Below are positions 12,908 to 26,845 of a stretch of 64,000 nt of DNA, in pieces (positions within the stretch are counted from its first letter, which is position 1; each line of letters starts with the position of its first letter). Made by a program: the position numbers and the translations under genes. Below the pieces are notes generated by a model that saw nothing but the letters and a program-made list of their open reading frames with translations, was not told where the DNA came from and made no database searches. Source of the DNA: Octopus vulgaris (lineage: Eukaryota); contig OX597819.1 of NCBI GenBank assembly GCA_951406725.2, positions 95,170,001 through 95,234,000 of the forward strand. The letters run 5' to 3'.

Positions 12908-13599
12908 CATGTATATGTATGTATATATGTTTTTATGTCTTTATATATACATATATATGTATTTTTATACATGTATATATACACGTGTGATGTGTATGGG
13001 GGTGCCTGCGTGTTTGCAAGTCTCAGTTTTCTGTCAGTCCTTCTCTACCTATTTGTTATGACTCGCTGTCTGTCAGTAATTTCACATATCAATCGGTGTT
13101 CTGTCTATAACCTTAATTGTCTGTCCTTCCTCCTAGCCTGTTTTCCTCACTGATTGCTTGTCAGAACATTTATCTAGCCTCTCCGTGACTATGTCTGTTT
13201 TAGGAGCACAAATACGTAACATAAAATTGCCTAACCAGCAAATGTTGTTCACTACAACCCCATATGTTCTCCCAGTAATACTTGCATGAAAAAAAGCGGT
13301 TGAATCGTCCTCAAATTACACCCACCATATTAGAAAAGAAGAATACACCGAATAATGTAATCCAAGGTGCACAGTAATAAAAAAAATAAGTTCAGATGAT
13401 CATATTTGGAACGTTTTATATCTAAGGTCTGCTCAGTCAGAACTACACTGGCTACATACCACCACTACCCCCGCTGCCGCCACCACCAGCACAACAACAG
13501 CAGCGGCGGTATCTTTAACAGAAATGTGGAAACTAGCTTCAACCGCAAGCTGTGCATGTCAGTTGATCTTGAAATACAGAAAATTCGCTATGCTAGAAA

Positions 13600-14652
13600 T
13601 CCTGGTATGTCAGAAATCCTGAGAAAACTTACTACATCCCATTAGATATCGACATCAGGTTATTCGTGGTATATGTTACTATACGTAACTATAGGAAACA
13701 TGTAAAACATAGGAAGACAAAAGCATAGATCAAGAATGTCCTGGGATAAATGTAAAGACCCCACCCTTGTTATTGAACCAATACATATGCATCAACACAA
13801 GGAATGTTGATGGAACATTACTATCAAACATCTAAGTCCAAACATAGCAGGCCAGATATCGTTGTTTCGGACGAGCAGACAAGAAAAAGTATGTATCATC
13901 ATTCAGATCAGCTGTCTTGCTTAAATCAAAGTGAAAGAGGATAATTTTGGACAACTGCTTCGAAACCTTCAGCTTTTATACCCAGATAATATATTCACAT
14001 GTATGCTACTAATAATTGGGGCACTTGGTTTTGTTTGTAAATGCCTAGGAAACGATCTGGGTTATCTGGGATAGAAACAAAAAACAGAAAGAAAGAAATC
14101 AACCAGCTAAGACGCACATTACAAATACAGTGTAATGACGCCTGGTTCCAGACGCCATTTTGGGATTTTCATCCACGCATGCGCAGGGATTAGAGTCTTC
14201 TGGAAGGCCTGCCGGAAGCCCCTTGTGCGCATGCGCAGTCATCAGCAGCAGCTAGGCTTGACCGCTACTCTCTCTCTCTCTCTCTTCGCAACTGCTGCCG
14301 ACCGAGACGAATGCAACTAGGACCAGCACCGTGGAGCTGGAATTCTGATTGCAAGCGACATTACGAGTCTGTGAATGCCTTCGTATTTTTGTGTCTGACT
14401 ACTAACCCTGCTGCTTCCAGGCTAACCCTGCTGCAAGGCGACCAGGCTACCGATGTCCAGAGATGAAATGCTTATTTCGGCGAAATAAATTATTATTGTT
14501 ATTCGTTCGGAGATTCTTGTTCCCGCTATTTTCCTTTCCACGACTATGTAAGGAATTGTGAGGCACCCATCCAGTGCCAACCTCACTTCCTACAACTATT
14601 TGTAAGTGGAATAGTAAGAATATGTAAGTCTTTTCTCAAGTTCAAAATGTGA
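13600..14652 (+). mobile_element. 3' fragment of a restriction-like-endonuclease (R4/Dong/NeSL-type) LINE, split by an LTR-like insertion
   Basis: Translates as HSRPDIVV...CIIIQISC...KVKEDNFGQLLRNLQLLYPD...LIIGALG...LQIQ [insertion] ..SGIVRICKSFLKFKM*. Confidence 0.75.
14131..14594 (+). mobile_element. solo-LTR-like element (464 bp) inserted in the LINE fragment
   Basis: Starts TGTAA, ends CTACA, AATAAA at about 14485; the LINE reading frame resumes on both sides; TSD imperfect (ACAG/ACTA). Confidence 0.65.
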
Positions 14653-15534
14653 ATTTGTTTTTGTTGTCTACATTCCAACGATGGAGCTTTTTATCTTTGT
14701 TAGGAAGACTTCAACTAATTAAAAATTGAAGAGAACATGCACACACTTCACCTAGACTTTGTTTTTGAACCAAAATCTTTTCCAGTGCTATGGGGAAGGC
14801 CGTGGAGTTCTTTTTCATCGACTGCACGAAGTGATTAAAATTTACTGGAATGGAGATTGCATAAACTTAAACAAATATTAATTCACCTACCGTGATATTT
14901 GTCATTATCGGAAAAAAGTACATCAATGAGTCAGCATTACCAAGTTTGCTTCTTATCCATTTTACTGGAAGATCTTAAACCAATGCAGTCTGGATTAGAG
15001 AAAGATGTTCGATTTTATTCCCTACACATGTTTACTAAAGTGCTGCACTTAGTAAAAGGACTTGTTATAGCTAATGCCACTGAAAAGCTCACAAAGACCT
15101 GGTCAATAATCTTCATATTTGTTACTGAAAACGAAAAGATTGTTTCCAGCATTATAATTATAAAAGTAATACTCCAAGGATAATATGTCTGTACTTTTGT
15201 TTATTTTGGCACTAAATCTAGTAATTTCTATGATAAAAATCCAATTTCTTTGTGGATAATCAAAAGATGCCTACAAGAAACATATTTAACTATGACAAAA
15301 ACTGGATTTGATAACAGCAATTTCAGCCAATATAGGGAGGAATTTGACCAAAAGAAATGTTCGTGTTTAATAGTTGAAATAGTTAAAAATTGACTTCTAC
15401 ATCTAAAATTTGCACATCAATAATATTTCTCTATCTTCCTTGTACTTCACAATGAGTACTATAAATACCTGCTGTGAAAACAGATAAAATCTTTTCTACT
15501 CTAGGTTCGAATTATTATTATTATTATTTTTTGG

Positions 15535-15905
15535 TGGGGGGCAGTCGATGAAGTCGATCTCAGTATGCAACTGGTATTTAATTTATCGACCCCGAAAGGC
15601 AAAGTCGATTTGAACTCAGAACGTAAAGACAGACGAAATACTGCTAAGCATTTCGCCGGCATACAAACGTTTCTTATTTCTTTACTGCCCACAAGGGGCT
15701 AAACACAGAGGGGACAAACAAGGACTGACAAACGGATTAAGTCAATTATATCGACCCCAGTGCGTAACTGGTACTTATTATTTAATCGAACCCGAAATGA
15801 TAAAAGGCAAAGTTGACCTCGGCGGAATTTGAACTCAGATCGTAGCAGCAGACGAAATATTGCATTTCGCCCGGCATACTAACGTTTCTGCCAGCTCGCC
15901 GCCTT
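15535..15905 (-). mobile_element. SINE family A tandem dimer
   Basis: Full copy at about 15675-15905; its tail runs into a second copy at AGAAACGTT. Confidence 0.85.
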
Positions 15906-16615
15906 GTGAAAGCACATATAATGACCAAAGAATATTGTACCAGACTTTAAAAAGTATGCCAATCGGGGCTTTTCTCTTAGAACGTGACAACATTCTATAA
16001 TGCATGTAAAATAGTAGTAATGATACCAACATTTAGGATACTTGAGTGGCCTATAGAAGAAGTTCACTTCATAATATTAATACCTGCAAAATCCCGTCAT
16101 CAACGGAAAGCTTCAACAAAAAGAATAATTGTTGACTGGCTCAATCACGAAAAGAAAAAGAAAAACGAGCGGGAATGTTTAAAATTATACATCTAACTTC
16201 ACATCTATTATTATAAGTGCACCTGCTTATGTTCGTAATTGTCTAAACGGTAATCTCAAAATGATCAAAGTGTTAAAGCGAAGAAAGTGACAAGATAATA
16301 CGCACCGTATAAATAAAATCTGTAAGCAGGACTAAAAAAAATCTAAACTTTAAAAGCATTATATCTTTTTCTTTTCTTTTTCTCTATCCAAATCCTAGTG
16401 ATGGCGCTTAGTTTATTTATTTGAAAATAGCCACTTTCTTATAGGAAGAATTCGAATAATTAAAGAAAAAGATACCATTTATACATTCTTATATACATAC
16501 ATCTAAGTATATGTACATATACACATACACACCTATCACACACATACATATACACATCTATATGCATACATATATATGTACACATATTTATGTATATGTA
16601 TACACGCAAATACAG

Positions 16616-16655
<40 letters not shown>

Positions 16656-17439
16656 CATAATGCATATACATACATATACAACTATATATACACACACATA
16701 TATATGCATATAGGTATAGATGGACATATATGTGCACATATATGTATCTACATACATGTATACACATACACCAATACGCAAGCACAAACATACATACATA
16801 CATACATACATACATACATACATACATACATGCATACATGTAATTCATACATGTATTTGTAGAAAAGCATGTAGTAGACACAATGACAGACCGACAGATA
16901 GATACTAATAATATATGTATGTGTGTCTATGTGTGTGTGTGTGTGTGTATGTGTTTATACACACACACACAGAGGATCGCTGCACGCGTGCACGCACATA
17001 TACACGCACATGCACACGCGCGCGCGACCCGCTTCCGGATCACAAGTATGTCAGCCGACTATAAGTTTAAAAATATCGGTGGAGGTCAGTGACGAAGAGG
17101 CTTGGTGGAATGTTAACTTTATGAATCATTAAACTAGAAACAAGCAATATATAACAATAACTAACCATTAATATCAAAATAACAATGAATAACCAAGAAA
17201 TTAGTGTTTTATCCTAAAACGACTTAAATATTTTTTCCCATTACTTCCGCTCTCTACACACTGACCCCGCAACCGCTCCTATCTTTCCTGAAACTCCACT
17301 CCTCTCTTTCAAAAGGCTAGAGATTGGCATAACCTAGTTTTTAGATAGACTCAACCCGGTCTATTTCCTTCCTTTCAGAAATCAATGCCTAACTTGACCC
17401 TTAACAATTTAGCCCCTTTGGCACAATGATATTAGTTCC

Positions 17440-17628
17440 AAATTTCGGGGGATGACATAAGTCGATTACACCAACTTCAGTGCTTAAGCGGTCCCTTATT
17501 TTATCGACCCCGAAAGGATGAAAGGCAAAGTCAACTCTGGCGTCATTTAAGCTCTGAACGTAAAGTCGAAAAAATGCCGCTAAGCATTTTGTCCGACGCG
17601 GTACCGATTCTGCCAGTTTGCCGCCTTA
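17440..17628 (-). mobile_element. SINE family A, older copy
   Basis: TTTATCGACCCCGAAAGGATGAAAGGCAAAGTC...ATTCTGCCAG..GCCGCCTT. Confidence 0.8.
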
Positions 17629-18250
17629 ATTACATAATATTATGAAGCAGAAATACGTATTTAGCAATGCCACCACTGTTTTTGGACGATTTTGTCTGTT
17701 GCTTATATATTTATGTGTTTTTTAACACTACAACTCTATAAGAGATGCCTTCTCGGGATGAATACCGTAGTTTAGTCATCTTTTAACAATATAACTGCTT
17801 TAAGTATGATATAATGATTGCTATTTGAAACTAATGCTGCTTCCATCGCTAATAATGAATTTTATATATAGACATTGGCGTGGCTGTGTGGCAAATAGCT
17901 TGCTTACCAACATGGTTCCGGGTTCTGTCGCACTGCGTGGCACCTTGGGCATGTATCTTCTTTAAATTTAAGCGAGGAATGACTATACTTTTAAATTGAA
18001 TTGTTTTTAGATTAAATTTTAATTTAATTGTAATTCGAATTGAATTTATAGCCACGAAACGTACATAGTCTTTTTACTTATTATATAATATTTATTGATT
18101 TTTTTTGTACTATTTGTGATCTAGATATATATTTTATAATATATTTTATTTTTTCTATATGATATGGTTTACGTCTATCATTGGTTGAATTACATAATAG
18201 TGGATTTTCTTTAATTTATATATATATATATTATGTTATATATATTATGT

Positions 18251-18281
<31 letters not shown>

Positions 18282-18327
18282 TATGTATGTATGTATGTAT
18301 GTATGTATGTATGTATTTTTGTATATA

Positions 18328-19809
18328 CCGGGTGTGTCAGCAAAATTGTCAAAATTTTATATTCAACTTCGAACCTTTGTATCTCAGCAATGCTTGAAGA
18401 TAACGAAATGGAATTAACAGAGGTGTTTCTAACGCTATTGGACTCTACTTTGAGCAAGGAAACTGTTCATTCCTCTCCAAGCTCGCCAGAAGAATCGTGA
18501 TGATTGGACGAAAATGACATTTACATGAAAAAAATTAACCATAGCTCATGATTGGGAGCTCATAAAGGACTGGAATAAACTTTGAAAGGAAGCTTAAAGC
18601 TTTGTTTGAAAGTGCCAGAGACACTCCTGACCGCAATCCTAGCTGTTAGGCATCAAGAGTTGCTTCTCTTTTCGCAATGACTTCCTCAACCGTCTTCCTG
18701 GCTGCAGCACAATTTCTTAATGAATTCCTCTCCAATGAAGTCTTCCCACGTCCTACGAATGGAGTTTTTGAGGGCTTGTAGGTTACTGTGAGTTTTCTCA
18801 CAAGCTTTTCTGCCCAGTTCAATGCAGATGCTGAAATCTTCGAATCAGGTGAAAGGGGCCAAGTGTCCTTATCTCAAAACATGTTTCCAAACTCATATCT
18901 GGGAAATTTTTGAGCCACTGCACTTGTGTGACAAGGTGCTTCATCTTGCTGGAATGTAAAATTGAAGTCCTTAGCGATATGTTGGGGTTTCCCTCATCTC
19001 TTGCCTGAAGATATTTAAAAATTATCTAGGTCTTTACATCTTTCAAAACCGTCTGGCCATTAGAGGCCACGAATGGGAAGCTCATCACCTTGACAGGGTT
19101 TTTGCACTTGAAAATGACATTTTTGGTTCTCTCATGAAGATCTAAAGTAGTTGTTGCGTCTGTTTGTTTGCGTATCTGTGTAAAAGATCACTTCAGGTTT
19201 ATGTTTCACTATGTTCAGGATGACCTTCATCCCGTCCTACCTTCTAACCTTTTGTCCTGGAGTTACACGGTGTCTCACAGGTCTCATGTACGATTTCCTT
19301 TTCAAGTCTTCTGTCACCATTCTTTCAACTGTCATAGCGTAAACTCTTCTCTCACGTGCCAAACGTGTTATAGATTGAGTTGGATCGCTGCTGATTGATC
19401 ACTTCAGCTCCAGATTGAAATAATGATCCCTCTTGCAATTATGACCTCCTGATCCAGTTTTCTTCTCTACTGTCCCTTCTCTCTCAAACTTATTTACGAT
19501 TCTCTTGATGGTTCTTGAATGGACTTTGAAGATGGAAGCCAGGGAATGAATGTTGGTACCATTACTGAAGGCCTGGATGATCTTAGTCCTCTCAACGTTG
19601 CTCATTTGGGAAGACATGGTGAGGCTAGCACAAAACGATTTCAATCTGTTCTCTTTCTACAAAATATCTTAATGGGTATTTCATTCATTCTTACAAAAAC
19701 TGGTGTCAGTATAGCCAGACATCTTAGAAAAACATGGGAAATTGCAAATCGATTAGTTTATTGGTTTCAAGAAGTTTTAAGGGTTTGTAACAATTTTGCT
19801 GGTACACCC

Positions 19810-19813
<4 letters not shown>
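18328..19813 (-). mobile_element. Tc1/mariner-superfamily DNA transposon (Tc1/maT-like), decayed transposase
   Basis: TIRs CCGGGTGTGTCAGCAAAATTGT (after TA) and ACAATTTTGCTGGTACACCCACTG; N-terminal HTH (ERTKIIQAF...ASIFKVHSRTIKRIVNKFEREG; 19399-19644); catalytic remnants FTFQQDEAPCHT and WPLSPD (about 18840-18960). Confidence 0.88.
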
Positions 19814-19896
<83 letters not shown>

Positions 19897-19908
19897 GTGT
19901 GTGTGTGT
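19812..19908. repeat. (GT)n microsatellite
   Basis: Direct reading. Confidence 0.95.
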
Positions 19909-20727
19909 AACTTATCTGACAAATACCTCATTATGTGTTTGTTATGCACAGTGCCTGGAAAAGTGTTTGGGACGCTCAAGGCTTAATTCCTTTCATCATA
20001 GGTTTGCTAAATCAAGGCTAACCTGTTTGTGGTCAACCTGAATGACCTCTCCATTGTACTTCTTTCAACCTAATATTAGGTACATCACATTCACGTGCGA
20101 TATATCTGTTGTACACAAATTTCGAAAATTAAAAATTGATTACTGATTAAACAAAATAACAAAATTTGAAATGAAATTATTCCTTTCACTATTCATAAAA
20201 TGTGTATTTTTTAATATATTCATTCTTTAATATATTCATTTTTTAATTTATTCATTTTTAATATATTCATAAAATGTGTATTTTTTAATATATGTAGCTA
20301 ACTTCAAAGGTAGTGATCTACGCAGATTTTTTTTCTTGGTAAGTAATTGGCATTTTGTTCAGTTTTAAAGTGGCTCAAAAACAGAAACTGTAATTTTCTT
20401 TATTGAGAACACACACTGATCAACTGCTTTAGATTTCAAAAACTCTCCCTTACAAAATGGAGAAGACAATAAACTGCATGTAATGGTGAACCTCCAGTTA
20501 GGGTGCTCAGGATATTTGGAGAAATACGGACTTATCGCTTAGTCACCACTACTTTCAGGTTCGCTCTAGCCAGGGGTCGTAGTATCTGTTAAGAACCCCG
20601 GTTGTGTCAAATAGCAGAAAATAGTCCTGTAGCTAAAGTATACGGGACTCGGAGGGGGGCTGCACCAGGATATGTATCTACAAAGGCCAGGCTTTCCATT
20701 GGTTTTAATGTTAGTATATTTTATAGT

Positions 20728-21113
20728 GGAGGCGCAATGGCCCAGTGGTTAGGTCAGCGGACTCGCGGTCATAGGATCGCGGTTTCGATTCCCAGACCGG
20801 GCGTTGTGAGTTTTTATTGAGCGAAAACACCTAAAGCTCCACGAGGCTCCGGCAGGGGATGGTGGTGATCTCTGCTGTACTCTTTCACCACAACTTTCTC
20901 TCACTCTTACTTCCTGTTTCTGTTGTACCTTTGTATTTCAAAGAGCCGGCCTTGTCACTCTCTGTGTCACGCTGAATATCCCCGAGAACTACGTTAAGGG
21001 TACACGTGTCTGTGGAGTGCTCAGCCACTTACACGTTAATTTCACGAGCAGGCTGTTCCGTTGATTCGGATCAACCGGAACCCTCGTCGTCGTAACCGAC
21101 GGAGTGCTTCCAC
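20728..21113 (+). mobile_element. tRNA(Arg)-like SINE family C, apparently full length
   Basis: Head GGAGGCGCAATGGCCCAGTGGTTAGG...GGTTTCGATTCCC (A and B boxes); flanked by the direct repeat AGTATATTTT (20713-20722; 21114-21123). Confidence 0.85.
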
Positions 21114-21579
21114 AGTATATTTTTTACAAACAATTACAATATCATTCTACTTAATCATAGCTAAATATGTAAAAGGTTTATTGAAAATTTTAAAATTTAT
21201 AATTCTTAATTTGCATATTTGAGGTTTGAATATATCATAGGTAATTTGCATATTTGATTAGATTATTGAACTGATTGTTGTTCTAGAAAAACTTTCAGAA
21301 CCGGCATTTCAAATTTGATCTCTGTACTACATAGAGAATTTGAGCTGTTTTATTTACACATACTAATTAGCTGAACTTAATTGTTTTTCGCCCATCTCTA
21401 CATCTGCAGCTGAAATTTTTGCTGAAAGCTGCATTTTCAAGAGTTTGTTGTGCAGTTAAGCAATAAATTAGACATGATTTTTTTCATAAACTAAAACAAA
21501 ATAAAAACTTATAAAAAAGTGCAAAATGCACTGGTTTTAAGTATATATATAACAGTTCCGTCGCCTTTCTCGAAATTTC

Positions 21580-22472
21580 GGTCAGCATTCATCACTCCAC
21601 TCTCACCACCTCCATCCACTAGAAACACACCGATTCACACTCATACCTCAACTTCTCCTCCTCCCACTCGAAACACACCAAGCTCTCCATCCCCTACACC
21701 CAATTCCTCCGTCTGCGCAGGCCCTGGAGTGACAACCATGACTTTGAGACTCAGTCTCAACTCATGGCTCACCACTTCATTTTTCGTGGATATCTCCTCA
21801 CCACTATCCACACCGCCCTTGCCAGAGCACGTTCCGTGGACCGTGCATCTGCTCTCTCTTCCCGCACGCGCCCCGCCGTTATCCATCTCCTGTTTCTCGT
21901 CACCTACCACCCCTCAACCCTATCTCTCCAAAGCACCATTCTCCGAGCCTTCCGACGTATCCAGTCCGACCCTCCACCTCGTACATATTCCCTAACCTAC
22001 CCCTCCTCTCCTTCAAACGAGCCCACAACCTACGTGACCTCCTGGTCCTCAGTTTCTTCCCTAACTCCACCTCCCAACCCGGCTCGTTCCCCTGCTGCAC
22101 AAGCCCCTACCTCTCCAACACCACCATCCTCACGGGCACCCATCATCGAATCACTGACTCCTTCACTTGCACTTCTAGCAACGTCATTTACTGCATCTCC
22201 TGCTCTTTCTCTGTCCTCTGTACATCGGTCAAACGGGACGCCGCTTGGCTGACCGGTTCGCGGAACATCTCCGAAACATCAGACTCGGCATCGACACCCC
22301 GGTCTCGCGCCATTTCCACTCTACTGGTCATTCTTTACAACACCTGTCTTGTATTCGGATTGTCCTTGCACAGGGGCCATCCGGATTCCCGTCTTCGCCG
22401 TGAACAGGAATTACTCTTCTCTCTTCGCTCCTTAGCCCCACATGGGCTCAACTCCCCACCCCTCTTCATCTA
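21580..22472 (+). mobile_element. Penelope-like element (Neptune-like), RT thumb plus GIY-YIG endonuclease, frameshifted
   Basis: KHTDSHSYLNFSSSH..HTKLSIPYTQFLRLRR; FIFRGY; VTYHPS; FTCTSSNVIYCISC; LYIGQTGRRLADRFAEHLRNI; PVSRHF; LAPHGLN. Confidence 0.9.
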
Positions 22473-22474
22473 AC

Positions 22475-23075
22475 TCCCCTACTCTCTGTTACCTTCCTCT
22501 CACATCTACTTCCTCTCTTCACTCCCACCACCTCTCTCTCCTCTTTTGCTCTGACACCTACTTCCTCTCTTCATTCCTACCCACCTCCCTACCACCCTCT
22601 CCCTTCTTCGTCACCCCTCCATCATTACCCCCACATCTACACAGACGCGTTTCTACTTCCCATCCCTGTACTTCCCATCCCACCCACCACACGCCTCACT
22701 CCTACATACCCACCCTTACCTCCACACCCTCACCCCAACCTACACCCCACCCTTACACACCACATCATGCCACACCGCACCAAAACACCACACACCACTA
22801 TACTATAACACAACATACTACACATCACCACACCACACCATCACACCACAACACAATACACAACACACCACACATCACTACACCACACCACCACACTACA
22901 TCGCACCACCCTGCTCTCACTAGCATTGACAAACTTTCCAGCACCCACACCACACCACACACCACCACACCCTACAACACTACATCACACTACTCCGCAC
23001 ACACTAACACTGACCACTTCCCAGCAACCATACCGTCATCCATACACCTACACATGCACACACCTTTCAACAGAA
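22475..23075. repeat. CT/CA-rich low-complexity tract downstream of the PLE
   Basis: (CACAC/CTCT)-rich; the 220-aa ORF here is compositional. Confidence 0.8.
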
Positions 23076-23939
23076 AGGAACACGAGAAAATAGAGAGAGA
23101 ATAATAAAAAAGCTTTAGTGGCTAGCGGTCAATCATAGCGATGGCCGGACGGAGGTGGTCAGACAGGAGAGCTATTAAGAAGAGGGAATAATAAAGTAGT
23201 GGTGATCCCAAAACGAAGGTGCGCATGCGTGTGTATGTGAGAGCGTGTATGTGCGTGTGGATAAGGGCTGGTGATCTTTATATAAATAAATAGATCAACA
23301 TACAGGCGGATAGGTGCATAGGCTACAAGAACAGACACATATAGAGACACTGATCCACACATATAAAGATGCACATCCATACATACAAACATGGTACATA
23401 GTTGCATAACACACACATACACACAGATATGCACACACAAGGAGACAGAGGTACATACATATACAAACACATGCTCACACATACATACAAAATACACAAA
23501 CACGGACATGCAAGCACATAAATATGCAGGATACGTACATTCAGATGCACACACATACATACATATATAAATATGCATACACACACATATATACATACAT
23601 ACACATGCAAACACACACATACATACATACATACGTACATGTATGCATGTATAGGCACACACACACACACACTGACCCACACACATGAGCACAAACAAAC
23701 AAAAGGGAACGCAGTGTAAATGACGGACAGAGTCAAAACTATTGAAAATGTTGCAAGACGCAACGAAAATTTTAGGAAAATAAAAATAAGAAAAAGTGGA
23801 AATTTTACCGGTGAGTGTGTTACATTATAAGGCACAAAAAGAAAATGACTCTCCCCAAACACAACAGAATATGCTTCAACACACGAACTCATATAAAGAA
23901 TCTTGCAAACCAAATCCAAAAACGATATATATATATATA

Positions 23940-25850
23940 TAAGACAAAATTATGATTAATCTTAATAGTATTTAGAATATTCATATCAATTAATTTTAAT
24001 TATTAGATTTAAGGATCATTTATGCTAATGATAAATTTTATTAGTGTTAAATAAGTGAGTAGTATAAATTGTGTATCACGTGATTACGTTGAATGCAATT
24101 TTTGTTTCGTGAGAATAAAGATTTAACGTATTACGTATCAAAATTAGTGTGTTAATAGATTTACAATATTTAGTATCAAAATATTAAATATTATATCAGT
24201 TAATTAATTAAGCTTATCAATTGAAATAATCAATATTATTATTAGACTTTTGAATATTATGTCATATTATTTATATTGTTTTATATCATATATATTTTTA
24301 TATATTTAATTTTTAATTTTGTTACATGTATTATATTATACAGTTAGATATTATTTTATTATATTCAATTTTATTTATTCTAATTATACTTCCTAAAAAC
24401 CTATTTAGAGGAATGTGTACATGATAAAAATTGTCTCTTATCTGGAATTAAGGAGTCTGTTTAGGTGTTAGAATTTGAAAAAATCTCTTCTACGAATAAT
24501 TCACATCACCTATCAGAAATTCTAAAGATCTGGCGTGACAAATAATCTTCAATTTAAGTTTATAATTTTTATTTTTGTCTTTTAACATCCATATAAATTT
24601 GCATAGACTAGTATTTTTCATTTTTTTTGTCTCTTTCTAAAACTATTTTCGTGGTTAGCAATCCTTCGCTTGATGGGATTTTCGGTTGATCCAGTATAAA
24701 GTAGTTTTTATCTTCTTATTCTACTATACATCGATATACTAGATTATCTTGCTTACAAAAACTATTAAATTTACATTCATCCTTAATCCTACAATTATTT
24801 ACAGCATTTATTATAGAATTTTTACCAATATTATTTCCGTTTATTATTTTATTATCATTATTCATATTAGTGTGGATAAAAAGGGAGTTAAAAAGAGTTA
24901 TTTCGCTTCTATCATTAGAAAATATATTATCATCATTCCTACAACTAGATTTACCACGGTAGTCATTCAATAAATCAGTATTATTAATATTTCTATTGTT
25001 ATAGAAAATATCCAATTTTTTGTTATTAATTGAAGATATACTTCTAAAAACATTTTTAGATGAAGAGAAACCAATTCTTATAGATTTATTGTTAATTATT
25101 TCACTATATCTATTATCTTTAGTGAAGTGTTTAGAAATAGATCTATAAAGAGAATTAATTAAGTTATTGCTAACCTGCTTTGCAAAGGGGATAATCAACC
25201 ATATAATATTAGCTTTATCAGGACAATTATTATCCATATATGATTTAGAAGAATTTACGTAAGGGGAATATCATTTAGTTTTATTTTTACGAATATTATA
25301 AGTATTATCTTGGATATTCATATTTGTAATAATTTCAGTTTTACTAGATTTGTTATTTTCGTAATGAATAGTTATAATTTTTATATCTAGTATTAGGTTT
25401 CGTGAATTCATAATTAGACTTAATATTTACTTTGCCAAAGTTATTATTATTCTTTTTTATTCTTATTCTTATTTTAAAATTTATGTTTGTTTATTTTAGG
25501 GTTTAAATAATCACTGTTTGTAGTTATATTCATATTATTTTTATTTATATCATGTGTATTAATACTTCTAGTTTAGTCCATTTATTATCATTTTTAATTG
25601 TTTTATTTCGCATTTTATCAACTCTATTTTTATTTATATTGTTTTCATTAGGCCTATAATATTTTATCTTATGTTTATATCCTGCTTTTGCGAGTGCTAT
25701 ATTATAGCATTCTATATTATCATAGAAAACCTATTCATTAGACGAAAGGTAAGAAATTATTTTTTCGACATTTGATATGAAAGTATTTGTTAATGTTTTA
25801 GGATGGTTACTTTGAAAATAATACAAGATTATACTGGTTGGATTTTATTT
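23940..25850 (-). mobile_element. AT-rich Penelope-like element (Naiad-like), C-terminal half
   Basis: SNHPK...YNIALAKAGY (about 25680-25810); IIWLIIPF...KHF...IINNKSIRIGFS; NCRIKDECKFNSFCKQDNLVYRC; YTGST..IKRRIANHENSF; TSLCKFIW; the 3' end abuts (TA)n. Confidence 0.85.
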
Positions 25851-26435
25851 TCAAATAATTACGCGCACACGCATATATAAACAAGCGGATTTGAGTCGGT
25901 AAGTTTTTCCTAACACGCTAACACGCACGAGCGCGCGCACATACACACCCACACCCAAACACACACACACACACACACACAAATTAACATAGGCAATTGA
26001 CATCCACATTTATAGCGGTTTTATTTTTATTTTGTTTACACGTTTTTATTATTATTTTTATTATATCTTTATTTTTTATTTTTTATTAAACATATTTTCA
26101 TCTACTTAGTCTGTCGGAGAATCTCAATTGATCAGCATGTAGTTCCTTTAATGTCCATCGGCTCTGATGACATTTTATTCACAATCTTCAAAATGTAGAC
26201 TTATTTTATGGATTTGTAATTTGTATTGAGTATAAACTAAAGCAATTGTAAGCTTAATAAACAATATGTTAATACATTAATTTATATCCATTTAAATTTC
26301 CCATTTTCTTAATAATATTCGATATTTATAATATACCTATTTATATTGAAGATATATTTCACAACAATATAAGGTATTAAACCAGTGTATCTTGGATGAA
26401 ATCATCCTTTTAAGAGGTTGATATATCCTCGCAGT

Positions 26436-26437
<2 letters not shown>

Positions 26438-26502
<65 letters not shown>

Positions 26503-26705
26503 CATACATACATACATACATACATACATACATACATACATACATACTTACATATACATAAATATATATGTATATGTGTATATATATATATATATAATAT
26601 ATACATGCATACATACATACATACATGCATACATACATTCATACATACATACATACATACATACATACATACATACATACATACATACATACATACATAC
26701 ATACA

Positions 26706-26735
<30 letters not shown>
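26438..26735. repeat. compound (TA)n/(TACA)n microsatellite
   Basis: Direct reading. Confidence 0.95.
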
Positions 26736-26738
<3 letters not shown>

Positions 26739-26845
26739 TTATATTTATATCTATATTTATAGGTACGAAACCAATGGTCACTTTGTGACCGGCCATAACA
26801 TATATATATATATATATATATATAACAAATTCCTCTACATAATAT

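Noticed and set aside
20728-20805. tRNA-Arg gene
   Set aside because: Continues into a 300-bp SINE body with a flanking direct repeat; no oligo-T terminator after a proper acceptor stem.
24420-24560. Selenocysteine recoding in the Naiad-like elements (reported for some Naiads)
   Set aside because: The in-frame TGA here (DR*CEL) precedes the conserved Cys rather than replacing it and fits CGA to TGA decay. The second copy has ordinary CLLC and CRH codons. No SECIS seen.
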